Assembly: GCA_038207085.1 (NCBI GenBank)
Contig: JBBRAE010000003.1
Location: 108,383-172,382, forward strand
Direction of reading: 5' to 3'
Source of the DNA: Armatimonadota bacterium
GTDB lineage: Bacteria; Armatimonadota; UBA5829; DTLH01
DNA length: 64,000 bases
The notes under the pieces were generated by a model that saw nothing but the letters and a program-made list of their open reading frames with translations, made no database searches and was not told the DNA's origin. The position numbers and the translations under genes are program-made. How positions within the stretch are numbered: position 1 is the first letter of the stretch; every line of letters starts with the position of its first letter. This document shows positions 1-10,057 of this stretch, in pieces.

Positions 1-170
1 AGTTGAAACCGCGTTGTCTCTTTGGAGCTAATTTTGGGGCGGCGAATTATGCCTTCCGAACACCGGTGGCGCTTGCGCCGCGATAGACCATTAAGGGACG
101 GCGCGCATAGCGCCGTCGACATGAATACTGGCGTACCAGTCACAAACCCACTCAGAGATTCATTGGCTTC

Positions 171-200
171 AATATAGCACAACTGCTGAGTTTAACGCAA
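171..200 (-). promoter_or_regulatory. Putative sigma70 promoter pointing out of the left edge of the window
   Basis: Minus strand TTGCGT-18 nt-TATATT with an extended -10 TGn, downstream of coaE. Confidence 0.45.
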
Positions 201-225
201 GTAATTCCGACGCCTGGTTCACGCT

Positions 226-849
226 CTACGGACGGTCCGCACTGCCGCATCTGCCACCAATCGACCTCCACATCCGCTCGACCTGCGCTCGCGTATCCGA
301 AAGGCTCGTATCGGTGTGGATTATCCAGTCCGCGACTCTCACTTTCTCAGAGATCGGAAGCTGGGCGGCTAGGCGCTGACGCGACTCCTCCGCAGAGTAT
401 CCTCTTGTTGTCAGACGATTCAACTGCTCATCTTGTTCCGCTGCAACCACAACAACATTGTCAACGAGCCAAGAAATATCTAGTTCTACCAAAAGCGGGA
501 TCTCAACCGCTAGCACATCAGGGCCATCGGCACTGCTTCGAAACTGGGCGATGCGTCTCTCTATCTCAGCGATAATCCGGGGATGGGTGATGGAATTGAG
601 CTTTTCAAGCGCTTTTGGGTCGCCGAAAACGATCCCGGCCAGCCTCGAACGGTCGAGGCTGCCGTCGGGCGTGACCAAATCCCCTCCAAACCCGCGCGCG
701 ACCTCCACGAAACCCTCACTGCCCGGCGCGAGCACCTCCCGGGCGATCTCGTCGGCAGAGAATGTCAAAGCCCCGAGCTCGCGCAGCATTTCCGTAACGG
801 TCGATTTTCCGGTGGCGATTCCACCGGTTATTCCAAGCACCTTAGCCAT
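226..849 (-). CDS. coaE: Dephospho-CoA kinase
   Basis: GITGGIATGKST P-loop, LDRSRLA, ITHPRI and EIPLL motifs. Start moved to MAKVLG. Confidence 0.95.
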   Translation of the reverse strand: MAKVLGITGGIATGKSTVTEMLRELGALTFSADEIAREVLAPGSEGFVEVARGFGGDLVTPDGSLDRSRLAGIVFGDPKALEKLNSITHPRIIAEIERRIAQFRSSADGPDVLAVEIPLLVELDISWLVDNVVVVAAEQDEQLNRLTTRGYSAEESRQRLAAQLPISEKVRVADWIIHTDTSLSDTRAQVERMWRSIGGRCGSADRP

Positions 850-916
850 ATCACTACCATAACAGGATACCGCAAATCGCACTGACCGGCAAGCTGCAAT
901 TACTGCCATTACGTAC

Positions 917-955
917 AAAAAGCCGGGGACCACGAACACGTCGCGATCCCCGGCT
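917..955 (-). terminator. Intrinsic terminator after rpsA
   Basis: Minus strand AGCCGGGGA...TCCCCGGCT stem followed by a T tract. Confidence 0.7.
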
Positions 956-1002
956 CTACAACCTCACATGACGGCGCAGAGCGCTATCACAGAGTGCTAT
1001 CT

Positions 1003-2670
1003 CTAGTCTTCTTTGGGCTCCTCAACGGGAGTCTCCTCTGCTGCGGGAGCTTCTTCAGCCTCTGCAACAGGGGTTTCTTCAACTTCAGCAACCGGAGCTT
1101 CCTCAACCTCGGCAACAGGAGCTTCTTCAGCTTCTGCGACAGGGGCTTCCGCTGCTACAGTCTCAGTCTCAGCTTCGACTACGGGCTCAGCCTCCGCCTC
1201 GGTTTCGGCAACTGCTTCAGCCTCAACCTCAACGACAGCTTCCGCTTCAATTTCCACATCGGCGAACATCGGCTCGTCGATCGGAATTTCCATTTCCTCC
1301 ATATCCTCGGAGATGTCCTCAGCCTCTCGAATCTTTCGTTTCTTCTGACTCTTCTGGCTCTTCTGCTCGAACATATCTCCTACGAGGTCGCCGATAGTTG
1401 TCTTCGGCTCTTCGCGGTTGTAGGAACCGTAGTTCATCGGCTCACGGCGCTCTGTCTGCTCGCGAACCGGCTGCGGCTGCAGCGCTCGGAGGGACAGGGT
1501 CATTCGGCGCTCCTCAGGGCGCATATCGATAACCTTGATCTCCACCTCTTCGCCGACGGTGACGACGTCCTCAGGCTTGCTTACACGGCGAACCGCAAGC
1601 TCGGAGTTCGGGATGATACCTTCGATCCCGCCCTCGACCTGAACAAACGCGCCAAACGGCACGAGTCTGGTGACGTTGCCCTTGATGACATCGCCAACCT
1701 TGTATCTCGCAGCGATCTCCTGCCACGGATCGGGGAGAATCTGCCTGAGGCCAAGGGAAACCTTGCCCGCGGTCAGGTCCATCTTGAGGACCATAACCTG
1801 GATCTTGTCTCCGACCTTGACGGCCTCGCTCGGATGCTTGATCCGGGTCCAGCTCATCTCGCTGATGTGCAGAAGTCCGTCGATTCCACCGAGGTCGACA
1901 AATGCGCCGTAGTCGGTGATCCTGCGGACGACGCCGCCCCTGATCTGACCCTCCTCAAGGGTAGCAATGGTCAGTGTGCGCTGCTTCTCGCGATCCTCTT
2001 CAACAGCTAGTCTGTTGGAAAGAACCACCTTGCGGCGCTCGCGGTCTACTTCGATGACCTTAAGAGCAAGCGACTGCCCGACATACTTGTCGAGGTTCTT
2101 GATCTTGCCGCTGCCAACATGTGAGGCAGGAACGAACCCGCGGATGCCGAGGTCGACTACAAGCCCACCCTTGACGCGGTCGGACACCATAGCCGTAACG
2201 ACCTTGCCATCCTTGTGGCACTGCTCAACGCGAGTCCACGCCTGCTCGAAGTCTGCCCGCTTTTTGGAGAGAATAAGGGCTCCGTCCCCATCTTCCGGCT
2301 GCATGACGTAAACGTCAATACTTTCGCCGACAGATACGATGTCTTCCGGGTCCAGGCTGGAGTCCCGGCTAAGCTCGTGCGGCCTGATAAGTCCTTCGGA
2401 CTTGGTGCCGACATCAACGAGCACACCTTCCTTATCTATGTGAACAACAACCCCTTTTACGACATCGCCCTCAGTAAGTGACCTGAAGGTCCTGCCGTAG
2501 TCCACCGCTGATTGCTTTGCGAATTCAGCGGCAGCAGTGGCTGCCGATTCTGCTGCAGGCGCGGCCTGCTCGGCTGCTTCATCTCCGGCGTCTTCTCTGG
2601 CCTGGAAAGGTGTTCCTGACCACTCCGCGTGCTCGGTCGCGTTCTCGTTATCCTTCGTCTCGTCCCACAT
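1003..2670 (-). CDS. rpsA: 30S ribosomal protein S1 (four S1 domains, acidic N- and C-terminal extensions)
   Basis: S1 repeats GVLVDVGTKSEG, GGLVVDLGIRGFVPAS, YGAFVDLGGIDGLLHISEMSW and FGAFVQVEGGIEG. GAGAGGAG upstream. Confidence 0.95.
   Translation of the reverse strand: MWDETKDNENATEHAEWSGTPFQAREDAGDEAAEQAAPAAESAATAAAEFAKQSAVDYGRTFRSLTEGDVVKGVVVHIDKEGVLVDVGTKSEGLIRPHELSRDSSLDPEDIVSVGESIDVYVMQPEDGDGALILSKKRADFEQAWTRVEQCHKDGKVVTAMVSDRVKGGLVVDLGIRGFVPASHVGSGKIKNLDKYVGQSLALKVIEVDRERRKVVLSNRLAVEEDREKQRTLTIATLEEGQIRGGVVRRITDYGAFVDLGGIDGLLHISEMSWTRIKHPSEAVKVGDKIQVMVLKMDLTAGKVSLGLRQILPDPWQEIAARYKVGDVIKGNVTRLVPFGAFVQVEGGIEGIIPNSELAVRRVSKPEDVVTVGEEVEIKVIDMRPEERRMTLSLRALQPQPVREQTERREPMNYGSYNREEPKTTIGDLVGDMFEQKSQKSQKKRKIREAEDISEDMEEMEIPIDEPMFADVEIEAEAVVEVEAEAVAETEAEAEPVVEAETETVAAEAPVAEAEEAPVAEVEEAPVAEVEETPVAEAEEAPAAEETPVEEPKED
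1030..1150 (-). repeat. 24-nt in-frame tandem repeat encoding PVAE(A/V)EE(A/T) in the S1 tail
   Basis: PVAEAEEA PVAEVEEA PVAEVEET PVAEAEEA PAAEET in the translation. Confidence 0.8.
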
Positions 2671-2903
2671 CGATGTATGGCACTCCTCTCGTGGAAGCGG
2701 GCCGTGGCCGCCACGCCTATCGGCTCATTTAGCTTCCGTAATAATTGTCATCCGCGAACCACCAGGAACTCGCGTCAAACATTGCCAGCCGACCACATAC
2801 TGCCTGGTCAAGTCGGCCTAAGCCCAGGCACTGCCCGGACGTGCATATCCCAAAACGGTTTTGCACTAACCTTACGATATGATAGTCTCTCCGCAAGCTT
2901 ACG

Positions 2904-5639
2904 TCAAGAGACAGGCTGCATTTCAGCCCAGTTCTTTCCAATTTTTACATCAGAAATTAGTTTTACAGCCAGTGGATGGGCGTTTTCCATCAATTCCTTG
3001 ACCATTGGGACCACTCGGGCCACTTCTTCGGGAGGCGCTTCAAAGACCAGTTCGTCATGCACCTGAAGCACCATCTCGGTTTTGAGTCCCGCGCGGTGAA
3101 TCGCCTCGTCCACCCGAATCATCGCGATCTTCATAATGTCGGCCGCCGTCCCCTGTATCGGCATATTGACTGCGGCGCGCTCCGCAAACTGCCTGAAGTT
3201 TCGGTTGCCGCTGGTTATTTCGGGGACGTACCGGCGGCGACCGAGGATCGTCGTCACAAAACCGTTCTCACGGGCATAGGCGACCGTCTCTTCGGCGTAG
3301 CGGCGGACGCCCGGAAACTTCCCGAAGTAGCGATCGATATACTCGTGCGCTTCTCTGGGCGATATTCCAAGCTCTTTAGCCAGACCAAAGTCACTCATGC
3401 CATATATGACGGCAAAGTTCACAGTCTTCGCCCGCCGCCTCATATCCGAAGTCACCTCCGACTCAGTTACGCCAAAAAGCGTGGTCGCGGTCGCGGTATG
3501 GATGTCCTCATCGTTTTCAAAGGCGCGCACAAGCTCCGGGTCGTCGGTGACGTGGGCGAATATCCTGAGCTCTATCTGCGAGTAGTCGGCGGATATGAGC
3601 ACGTTGTCGTTTGTGGCGATAAAAGCCTTTCGGATTTCGCGGCCGATCTCGGTCCTGATCGGGATATTTTGCAGGTTCGGCTCACTTGAGGAGAGCCTGC
3701 CCGTCGTCGTAACCGCCTGGTTGAGCGAGGTGTGGATCCTCCCCGTGCGCGGGTTTATGAGCTTGGGGAGCGCATCGGCGTAGGTCGATTTCAGCTTTGA
3801 AAGCTCCCGCCACTCCAAAATATGGGCAACGATGGGGTGAATCAGCGCAAGCGTTTCAAGGGTTTCGGCGTCGGTCGAGTAACCCGTCTTGGTCTTTTTG
3901 CCCGACGGAATCTGCCGCTCTTCAAAAAGCACGGTCTGAAGCTGCTTTGGCGAGCCGATGTTGAACTCATGGCCCGCAAGCTCGTAGATTTCGTGCTCAA
4001 GCTCACGGATTCTGTCGTTTAGATGAATCGAAAGCCCACCCAGGTATTTGGTGTCGACCGCGACGCCCCGGAGCTCAACCTCGGCAAGCACCGGCACAAG
4101 CGGCATCTCGACCTGTTCGACCAACCCGAGGAGCCCGTCACGCTCGATCTTTGCTCGGAGCACCGGAACCAGGTGCCAGGCGGCTTCGGTCTCGGCGCAG
4201 GTGGTGAAATCGATCGCAGGCTCAAGGTCTTTGTTCTTTGCCTTGGGGTTGATCTGCGGAAGCTCGACACCAAGCTGCTCGAAGGCGACGTCACCTATCG
4301 AATAGCTGCTCCGTGCTGAGTTCAGCACGTACGCGCCGACCATGGTGTCAAACTCAAGGCCGCGCATCACTATGCCCAAGAGCTTGAGCGCCGCGAAGTC
4401 TCCTTTGAGGTCGTGGCCGACTTTTTTGATCGATTCGTCCTCAAGCACGTCTTTGAATATTTGAATATCAGAAGAATACCCCTCTTCTTCGTCATAAGAA
4501 AACAGCGCGCCGGTTGCCTCGGGCTTTGTCGATGAGCCGAGGCGCACGTAGGTCGTCTCATGCGGCCCGGTCGAAAACGCTATGCCCAGAAGCTCGCTTT
4601 CGGAGGGCTTGCCAAGCGTAGTATGCACGCGCAGGGCGAAGCGCCCGGCCTCGCGAAGTTTCTTGACCAGCGCTTTAACTTCCGAATCGGTCTCGACGGT
4701 GCTGCAGGTTCCAAGCTCAACCAACGGCACGACCTCTTCTTTGACCTCATCGGCCGCCTCGGGTTCCGGCAGGCGTCTGAGAAGCGTCCGAAACTCTAAC
4801 TCTTTGAAAAGCGAACGCAGGCGGTCTGAATCGATCCCCTGGTAGCGCAGCTCTTCGATCGTCTTCATAACGGGCACGTCGGTGATGATCGTCGCCAGTC
4901 GCTTGGAGAGAATAGCGTCGTCTTTGGAGTCGACGAGTTTTTTACGAAGTTTTTCATCGGCGACCTGATCGAGGTTGTCGTAGATCGCCTCGACCGTGTC
5001 GAACTGCTGGATGAGCTTGGCCGCGGTCTTGTCCCCCACCCCTTTGACACCTGGAATGTTGTCTGAGGCGTCGCCCTTTAGCGCCTTAAAGTCGGCCATC
5101 TGGGAGGGCTTGATGCCGAAGCGCGCGACTACGGCGTCTTCATCATATATAACGGTATCCGTGACGCCTTTGACGGTGGTCATCACCTTGACGCAGTCGT
5201 TTACGAGCTGGAGCGCGTCGAGGTCGCCTGTGACGATCAGGGTGTCGTAGCCTGCCTCGCAGGATTGGCGGGCGATCGTGCCGACGACGTCGTCTGCTTC
5301 AAAGCCCGGTATCTCGATGATCTGCGCCTGAAACGCCTCCACCATCGCCCGGGCGATCGGCCCCTGGACTTTCAACTCATCAGGCGTGGGCTTGCGATGG
5401 GCCTTGTAGCCGTCGAACTCCTCGTGGCGGAACGTCTTGACGGGCGCATCGAAGGCTACGACGATCGAGTCGGGCTTTTCTTCCTGGATCAGGCGAAGAA
5501 GCATCATAGCAAAGCCGTACACGGCGTTGGTCGGGACGCCTTCGGTGGTCGACAGGTGCTTCATCGCGAAAAACGCCCTGTACAAAAGGCTGTTGCCGTC
5601 TATCGCAACCAGTTTGTGTCTCTGGCTAGTGTCCAACAT
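2904..5639 (-). CDS. polA: DNA polymerase I
   Basis: 5'-3' exonuclease IDGNSLLYRAFFA and EADDVVGT. Polymerase motifs ADYSQIELR, RRRAKTVNFAVIYG and LQVHDEL. The ExoI acidic residues appear absent (ALRVHTT). Confidence 0.97.
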   Translation of the reverse strand: MLDTSQRHKLVAIDGNSLLYRAFFAMKHLSTTEGVPTNAVYGFAMMLLRLIQEEKPDSIVVAFDAPVKTFRHEEFDGYKAHRKPTPDELKVQGPIARAMVEAFQAQIIEIPGFEADDVVGTIARQSCEAGYDTLIVTGDLDALQLVNDCVKVMTTVKGVTDTVIYDEDAVVARFGIKPSQMADFKALKGDASDNIPGVKGVGDKTAAKLIQQFDTVEAIYDNLDQVADEKLRKKLVDSKDDAILSKRLATIITDVPVMKTIEELRYQGIDSDRLRSLFKELEFRTLLRRLPEPEAADEVKEEVVPLVELGTCSTVETDSEVKALVKKLREAGRFALRVHTTLGKPSESELLGIAFSTGPHETTYVRLGSSTKPEATGALFSYDEEEGYSSDIQIFKDVLEDESIKKVGHDLKGDFAALKLLGIVMRGLEFDTMVGAYVLNSARSSYSIGDVAFEQLGVELPQINPKAKNKDLEPAIDFTTCAETEAAWHLVPVLRAKIERDGLLGLVEQVEMPLVPVLAEVELRGVAVDTKYLGGLSIHLNDRIRELEHEIYELAGHEFNIGSPKQLQTVLFEERQIPSGKKTKTGYSTDAETLETLALIHPIVAHILEWRELSKLKSTYADALPKLINPRTGRIHTSLNQAVTTTGRLSSSEPNLQNIPIRTEIGREIRKAFIATNDNVLISADYSQIELRIFAHVTDDPELVRAFENDEDIHTATATTLFGVTESEVTSDMRRRAKTVNFAVIYGMSDFGLAKELGISPREAHEYIDRYFGKFPGVRRYAEETVAYARENGFVTTILGRRRYVPEITSGNRNFRQFAERAAVNMPIQGTAADIMKIAMIRVDEAIHRAGLKTEMVLQVHDELVFEAPPEEVARVVPMVKELMENAHPLAVKLISDVKIGKNWAEMQPVS

Positions 5640-5642
5640 ATC

Positions 5643-6695
5643 TTAACGCATACTTTCTATGGAATCGCTACTTGAGGAGAACCTTTCGATCAGCCGGTCA
5701 AGCAGAAGATCGTACTCCCGTGCGCCGTAACGCTCTTCGGTCGATCCCGAGCGCAGCATGTCGAGAACCCCTCCCCGCCCATCGTATTTTTCAACTCTAG
5801 GGTCGCCGGTGATGCCATTTTCGTGGGCCGCGGTGAGGAGTGTGTCGCGAAGCCCGCCGATCTTGTCGACCAGTTTTAGCTCAAGCGCCTGCCGTCCGGT
5901 GAAGACCCGACCATCGGCGATCTTTCGCACCTCTGACTCGGGCAGGTTGCGCCCCGTGCTCACGGCTTCGAGAAACTGCTCGTAGGTGTCGTCGATCATC
6001 CCCTGAATAAGCTTGCGCTCGTCGGGGGTAAGCGGCCTGTTCGAGCTGCCGATGTCCTTAAACTTCCCACTCTTGACAACCTGGGGGGACACACCGATCT
6101 TGCCGAAGAGCTTTGACATATCGGTAGTCTCCATTATGACGCCGATGCTCCCGGTGATGGTCGAGCCGTTTGCAAATATCTTGTCGCAGGCGGAGGCGAT
6201 GTAGTAGCCGCCGGACGCCGCAACGTCGCCCATCGAGGCATAGACTTTCTTTTCCAGCCGCACTCTTCGAATCTCTTGATAGACCTCTTGAGACCCCGCA
6301 GCGCTTCCACCGGGGCTGTTGATCCTGATCACGATCGCCCTGATGTTGTCGTCCTTGCGAGCTTTCTCAAGCTGTGCCACGATCCGCTCTGAGCCAGCGA
6401 CGCTCCCGCCAAAGAGTCCGCCGCCAGAGTCGCCTCCAGTGATGACCCCTTCGACATGGATCAGCGCCACGCGGTCACCAATCGAAGAAGAGCCCAACCC
6501 GCCGCCAATAACCGCAGCTATCACAAAAATCACAAAAAGCGGCACAAGCAGCGCAAACGCCGCGCAGCCGATCCCAACCGGAATCCACCACCTTACCGGT
6601 TTCCTCGGAGGAGGCGCGGGAGGGTTGTAACTTACCTGCTCGGCGCGAGGAGCCTCAGGCTCGCCGTTCATGTTTGCGGATTCATCTATGCTCAC
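5643..6695 (-). CDS. sppA: Signal peptide peptidase SppA (36K type, S49)
   Basis: N-terminal TM segment, INSPGGS, AASGGYYIA, TGSIGV and SGKFKD motifs. Confidence 0.92.
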   Translation of the reverse strand: MSIDESANMNGEPEAPRAEQVSYNPPAPPPRKPVRWWIPVGIGCAAFALLVPLFVIFVIAAVIGGGLGSSSIGDRVALIHVEGVITGGDSGGGLFGGSVAGSERIVAQLEKARKDDNIRAIVIRINSPGGSAAGSQEVYQEIRRVRLEKKVYASMGDVAASGGYYIASACDKIFANGSTITGSIGVIMETTDMSKLFGKIGVSPQVVKSGKFKDIGSSNRPLTPDERKLIQGMIDDTYEQFLEAVSTGRNLPESEVRKIADGRVFTGRQALELKLVDKIGGLRDTLLTAAHENGITGDPRVEKYDGRGGVLDMLRSGSTEERYGAREYDLLLDRLIERFSSSSDSIESMR

Positions 6696-6848
6696 AAAGA
6701 ATTCTCCTATATCGCCAAAAAGAGTTTAGCGATGCCCAGGGTATGGTGACAACTAGACTGCGCCCGCCAAGCAGACAGCGCATAACTAGGTGCGCAATCG
6801 CCGATTTCGCGAGTCTTCTCATTGCCGTAAATGTAGTATTTTCCGATG

Positions 6849-6878
6849 TTGACTTTGAAAATCCCATTCGAGTATACT
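6849..6878 (+). promoter_or_regulatory. sigma70 promoter of tRNA-Leu
   Basis: TTGACT-18 nt-TATACT ending 9 nt before the tRNA. Confidence 0.75.
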
Positions 6879-6887
6879 TACAGCACT

Positions 6888-6973
6888 GCCGGAGTGGTGG
6901 AATGGTAGACACGTCGGTCTCAAAAACCGATGAGGGAAACCTCGTGAGGGTCCGAGTCCCTCCTCCGGCACCA
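6888..6973 (+). tRNA. tRNA-Leu(CAA), encoded CCA end
   Basis: Acceptor GCCGGAG/CTCCGGC+ACCA, anticodon arm TCGGT-CTCAAAA-ACCGA, long variable arm GAGG-GAAA-CCTC, T arm GAGGG-TCCGAGT-CCCTC. Confidence 0.95.
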
Positions 6974-7095
6974 CATATACGAATGCCTTCCCAGACACTC
7001 CCCCAAACAACACATTATACCACCGTCATCACCTGCCAGCAAGCAAGCGAACGCCCGTTTTTAACAATGTACAACGGACGAAAGAAGGATTTCGC

Positions 7096-7125
7096 TTGAC
7101 GCGCGACTAATTGTAGAATTAGAAT
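7096..7125 (+). promoter_or_regulatory. Putative sigma70 promoter
   Basis: TTGACG-18 nt-TAGAAT upstream of the AGGAGG RBS of the next gene. Confidence 0.6.
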
Positions 7126-7144
7126 TAACTGCAGGAGGTAATGC

Positions 7145-7711
7145 ATGACACTATCACACATCAAAAAAATAGCCGTTGCGGTTGTTTTAGGCATAGGTGC
7201 GCTGTCCGGCGTCTGCTCGGCCGCTCAGTTCTCCGCTGACATAGTAGAGAAGTCAGGCGCGCCAGGATTTGCCAGCCACGTCTTCGTGCGGGACAACATC
7301 GTCCGCAGAGAGATCCGTCGGGCGGGCGACTTTGAGGCGGTTATCTACAGGCTCGACAAGGGGCTTATGTGGATCCTTCAGATCCAGGACAAGACCTACA
7401 TCGAAACCGATGTGCATCCTACCGCGTGGCTCAGCGCAGACTATTTTGACACGGTCAAGGACGTTGCCGCAAAGAAGCTGCTCGGCACAGAAAAGGTGAG
7501 CGGCTACGAGTGTGAGAAGTATCTGATCTACTTCAAAGACACCAACCGCGGCAAAGTCACCCAGTGGGTCTCAAAGAAGCTGAACTTCCCGCTCAAGGTC
7601 AGAGTGTGGACGCCTCGCGCCGAATACACCATCGTGTATACCAATATCGTCGAGAAGAATCTCCCGGACAGACTCTTCGATATCCCGGCGAACTATTCAA
7701 GACTGCAGTAA
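7145..7711 (+). CDS. Secreted protein, DUF4412-like
   Basis: Signal peptide, FSAD, LGTEKVSGYECEKY, WVSKKLNFPLK and LFDIPANY pattern, strong RBS. Confidence 0.7.
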   Translation: MTLSHIKKIAVAVVLGIGALSGVCSAAQFSADIVEKSGAPGFASHVFVRDNIVRREIRRAGDFEAVIYRLDKGLMWILQIQDKTYIETDVHPTAWLSADYFDTVKDVAAKKLLGTEKVSGYECEKYLIYFKDTNRGKVTQWVSKKLNFPLKVRVWTPRAEYTIVYTNIVEKNLPDRLFDIPANYSRLQ

Positions 7712-7740
7712 GTCTGACTACAAAAGTAATCGACAGATAC

Positions 7741-7772
7741 AAGACCACTGATGGGAGTCCTTCAGTGGTCTT
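7741..7772 (+). terminator. Hairpin, possible terminator, between the DUF4412 gene and argJ
   Basis: AAGACCACTGA...TCAGTGGTCTT 11-bp inverted repeat. Confidence 0.5.
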
Positions 7773-7792
7773 TACCATTCAGGAACGAGATT

Positions 7793-8992
7793 ATGAAGAA
7801 TATTGACGGAGCAATCACCGCACCAAAAGGGTTCAGGACAGCGGGAGTCCGCTGTGGGATAAAGCAGCAGGGCAAGGACATAGCGCTCGTCTACTCAGAC
7901 GCACCGACGGTATCAGCCGCGCTCTTTACGACCAACAAGATCAAGGCCGCGCCCGTGCAGCTCTCAATGGAGCACGCGAAGTCCGGGAAAGCCCGCGCAA
8001 TCGTCGCGAACGCAGGCAACGCCAACTGCTGCACCGGCCAGAAGGGGTTCGACGATGCCCGAGAGATGTGCGATCTTGCGGCAAAGGGCCTTGGCATTGC
8101 GCCTCAGGAGGTGCTCGTCTGCTCGACGGGGATTATCGGCCACTATCTGCCGATGGACTTGGTTCGCCTGGGAATCGCCCAGGCTGCGCAGTCGCTAAGC
8201 TCCGATGGCGGACCCGACGCGGCGCATGCGATTATGACCACCGACACCCGGCCCAAGATGACGGCTTGCGAGGTTGAGATCGGCGGGGTTCCCGTTAGAA
8301 TCGGCGGCATCGCCAAGGGCGTGGGGATGATCGAGCCGAATGTCGCGACGATGTTCTGCTTTATTACAACCGACGCAGCAATCGCGCCTGAGCTCCTGCA
8401 GGAAAGCCTGATGCTCGCCGCGGAGGTCTCGTTCAACAGCCTGACGATCGACGGCGACACGAGCACCAACGACACTGTGATAGCACTTGCAAACGGGCTC
8501 GCCGGAAACGCAGTGATCGACACCGAAGGCCCGGAGCTTGAAGATTTTCAGGAAGCGCTCGATCTTGTCTGCGAGGAACTGACCAAAGCGATCGCCCGCG
8601 ACGGCGAAGGGGCAACCAAGCTGGTCGAGGTCGTCGTAAGGAACGCGCAGAGCTATCCCGATGCAAAGAAGATGGCAAAGACGATCGCCAACTCTCCCCT
8701 GGTGAAGACGGCGATCTTCGGCGAGGACCCGAACTGGGGTCGCGTGATGGCAGCAGCAGGCCGCTCGGGCGCGCCGCTTGACCCGGGGACGATCGACCTC
8801 TATTTGGGAGACGTGAAGATCATCGCAGACGGCGCACCGGTTGACGTAGACCCCGAGGAGTCGCGCCGCCCGATGCTCAAAGATGAGCTTGTGATCACAG
8901 TCGACCTCAAAATGGGCGAGGCCGAGTCGAGAGTATTCACCTGCGACTTCTCGTATGAGTATGTGAAGATCAACGCCGAGTACCATACTTAA
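7793..8992 (+). CDS. argJ: Ornithine acetyltransferase / N-acetylglutamate synthase ArgJ
   Basis: NAGNANCCTG, STGIIG, AIMTTDT, KGVGMIEPNVATM, DGDTSTND, DGEGATK and YVKINAEYHT motifs. Confidence 0.96.
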   Translation: MKNIDGAITAPKGFRTAGVRCGIKQQGKDIALVYSDAPTVSAALFTTNKIKAAPVQLSMEHAKSGKARAIVANAGNANCCTGQKGFDDAREMCDLAAKGLGIAPQEVLVCSTGIIGHYLPMDLVRLGIAQAAQSLSSDGGPDAAHAIMTTDTRPKMTACEVEIGGVPVRIGGIAKGVGMIEPNVATMFCFITTDAAIAPELLQESLMLAAEVSFNSLTIDGDTSTNDTVIALANGLAGNAVIDTEGPELEDFQEALDLVCEELTKAIARDGEGATKLVEVVVRNAQSYPDAKKMAKTIANSPLVKTAIFGEDPNWGRVMAAAGRSGAPLDPGTIDLYLGDVKIIADGAPVDVDPEESRRPMLKDELVITVDLKMGEAESRVFTCDFSYEYVKINAEYHT

Positions 8993-9004
8993 TGGACATA
9001 AATC

Positions 9005-9080
9005 ATAGGGGCAGACCAGCGTGTCTGCCCAAGACTTGCGGGGTATCGACAAAATGGCGGACACATTGGTCCGCCCCTGC
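9005..9080. repeat. REP-like inverted doublet (GTAG-family-like)
   Basis: ATAGGGGCAGACCAGCGTGTCTGCCC and the inverted copy GGCGGACACATTGGTCCGCCCCTGC, 25 nt apart. Confidence 0.7.
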
Positions 9081-9104
9081 GTGGGATTCGAAATTGGTAG
9101 AGTT

Positions 9105-10055
9105 ATGAGTAAACCTAAGGTATTTATTGATGGCGAGGTCGGGACTACCGGCCTTCAGATACGGGCACGACTTGAGAGTCGGAGCGACATTGAGCTTGTC
9201 AGCATCGACCACGAGAAGCGCAAGGACGAGGTGGCTAAGAAAGAGATTTTGAACTCCGTCGACCTTGCGATTCTTTGTCTGCCCGACGATGCGGCGCGGG
9301 CGTCGGTTGCGATGATCGAGAGCCCCGACGTGCGCGTGCTCGACGCTAGCACGGCCCACAGGGTCGCGTGCGACTGGGTCTACGGGTTCCCCGAGCTTGT
9401 CCCGGGGCAGGCCGACCGGATCCGTGAGTCGAAGCGCGTCTGCGTGCCGGGGTGCTACCCGACGGGCATGCTCGCGCTCGTCACGCCGCTTGTCGATGCC
9501 GAGCTTCTGCCCAGTGAATATCCCCTTACGGTGCATGCGGTCTCGGGGTACTCGGGCGGCGGACGGAAGATGATCGAGGCGTTTGAAGGCGTCGGCCCCG
9601 AGCCGATCAACGACCCATACCGTCTCTACGCGCTCGAACTCGCGCACAAGCACGTGCCTGAGATGCACAAGTATTCGGGCCTTGCGCACAAGCCGATCTT
9701 CTCACCGGCGGTCGGTGCGTTTCGGCAGGGGATGCTTGTGCAGGCGCCGATTCATCTCAGAATGCTTGACAGGGCCGTCACGGTGAAGAAGTTGCACAAG
9801 GCCATTGAAGAACGCTTCGCTGGCGAGCGTTTCGTGAGGGTGGCGGCGATCGAAGATCGTCCCAAGATTCTGGCTCCCGAGGCGTTGAACGGCACCAACA
9901 TGCTGGAGCTCTTTGTCTTCTCAAACGCAGAGGCCGACCAGGCGCTTCTGGTGGCTCGGCTCGACAACCTGGGCAAAGGGGCTTCAGGCGCTGCCGTCCA
10001 GAATATGGACCTGATGCTCGGGCTTGAGGGGACGGGGACTTACGATTTGGCTTAG
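9105..10055 (+). CDS. argC: N-acetyl-gamma-glutamyl-phosphate reductase, type 2
   Basis: [36 protein letters not shown] and [14 protein letters not shown] motifs. Confidence 0.96.
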   Translation: MSKPKVFIDGEVGTTGLQIRARLESRSDIELVSIDHEKRKDEVAKKEILNSVDLAILCLPDDAARASVAMIESPDVRVLDASTAHRVACDWVYGFPELVPGQADRIRESKRVCVPGCYPTGMLALVTPLVDAELLPSEYPLTVHAVSGYSGGGRKMIEAFEGVGPEPINDPYRLYALELAHKHVPEMHKYSGLAHKPIFSPAVGAFRQGMLVQAPIHLRMLDRAVTVKKLHKAIEERFAGERFVRVAAIEDRPKILAPEALNGTNMLELFVFSNAEADQALLVARLDNLGKGASGAAVQNMDLMLGLEGTGTYDLA

Positions 10056-10057
10056 AG

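Noticed and set aside
4300..4650. Degenerate 3'-5' exonuclease domain of PolA
   Set aside because: Loss of proofreading residues is common in PolA from many phyla
6974..7740. Possible island integrated at tRNA-Leu
   Set aside because: No integrase and no duplicated tRNA 3' end seen. Only one ordinary gene lies before argJ
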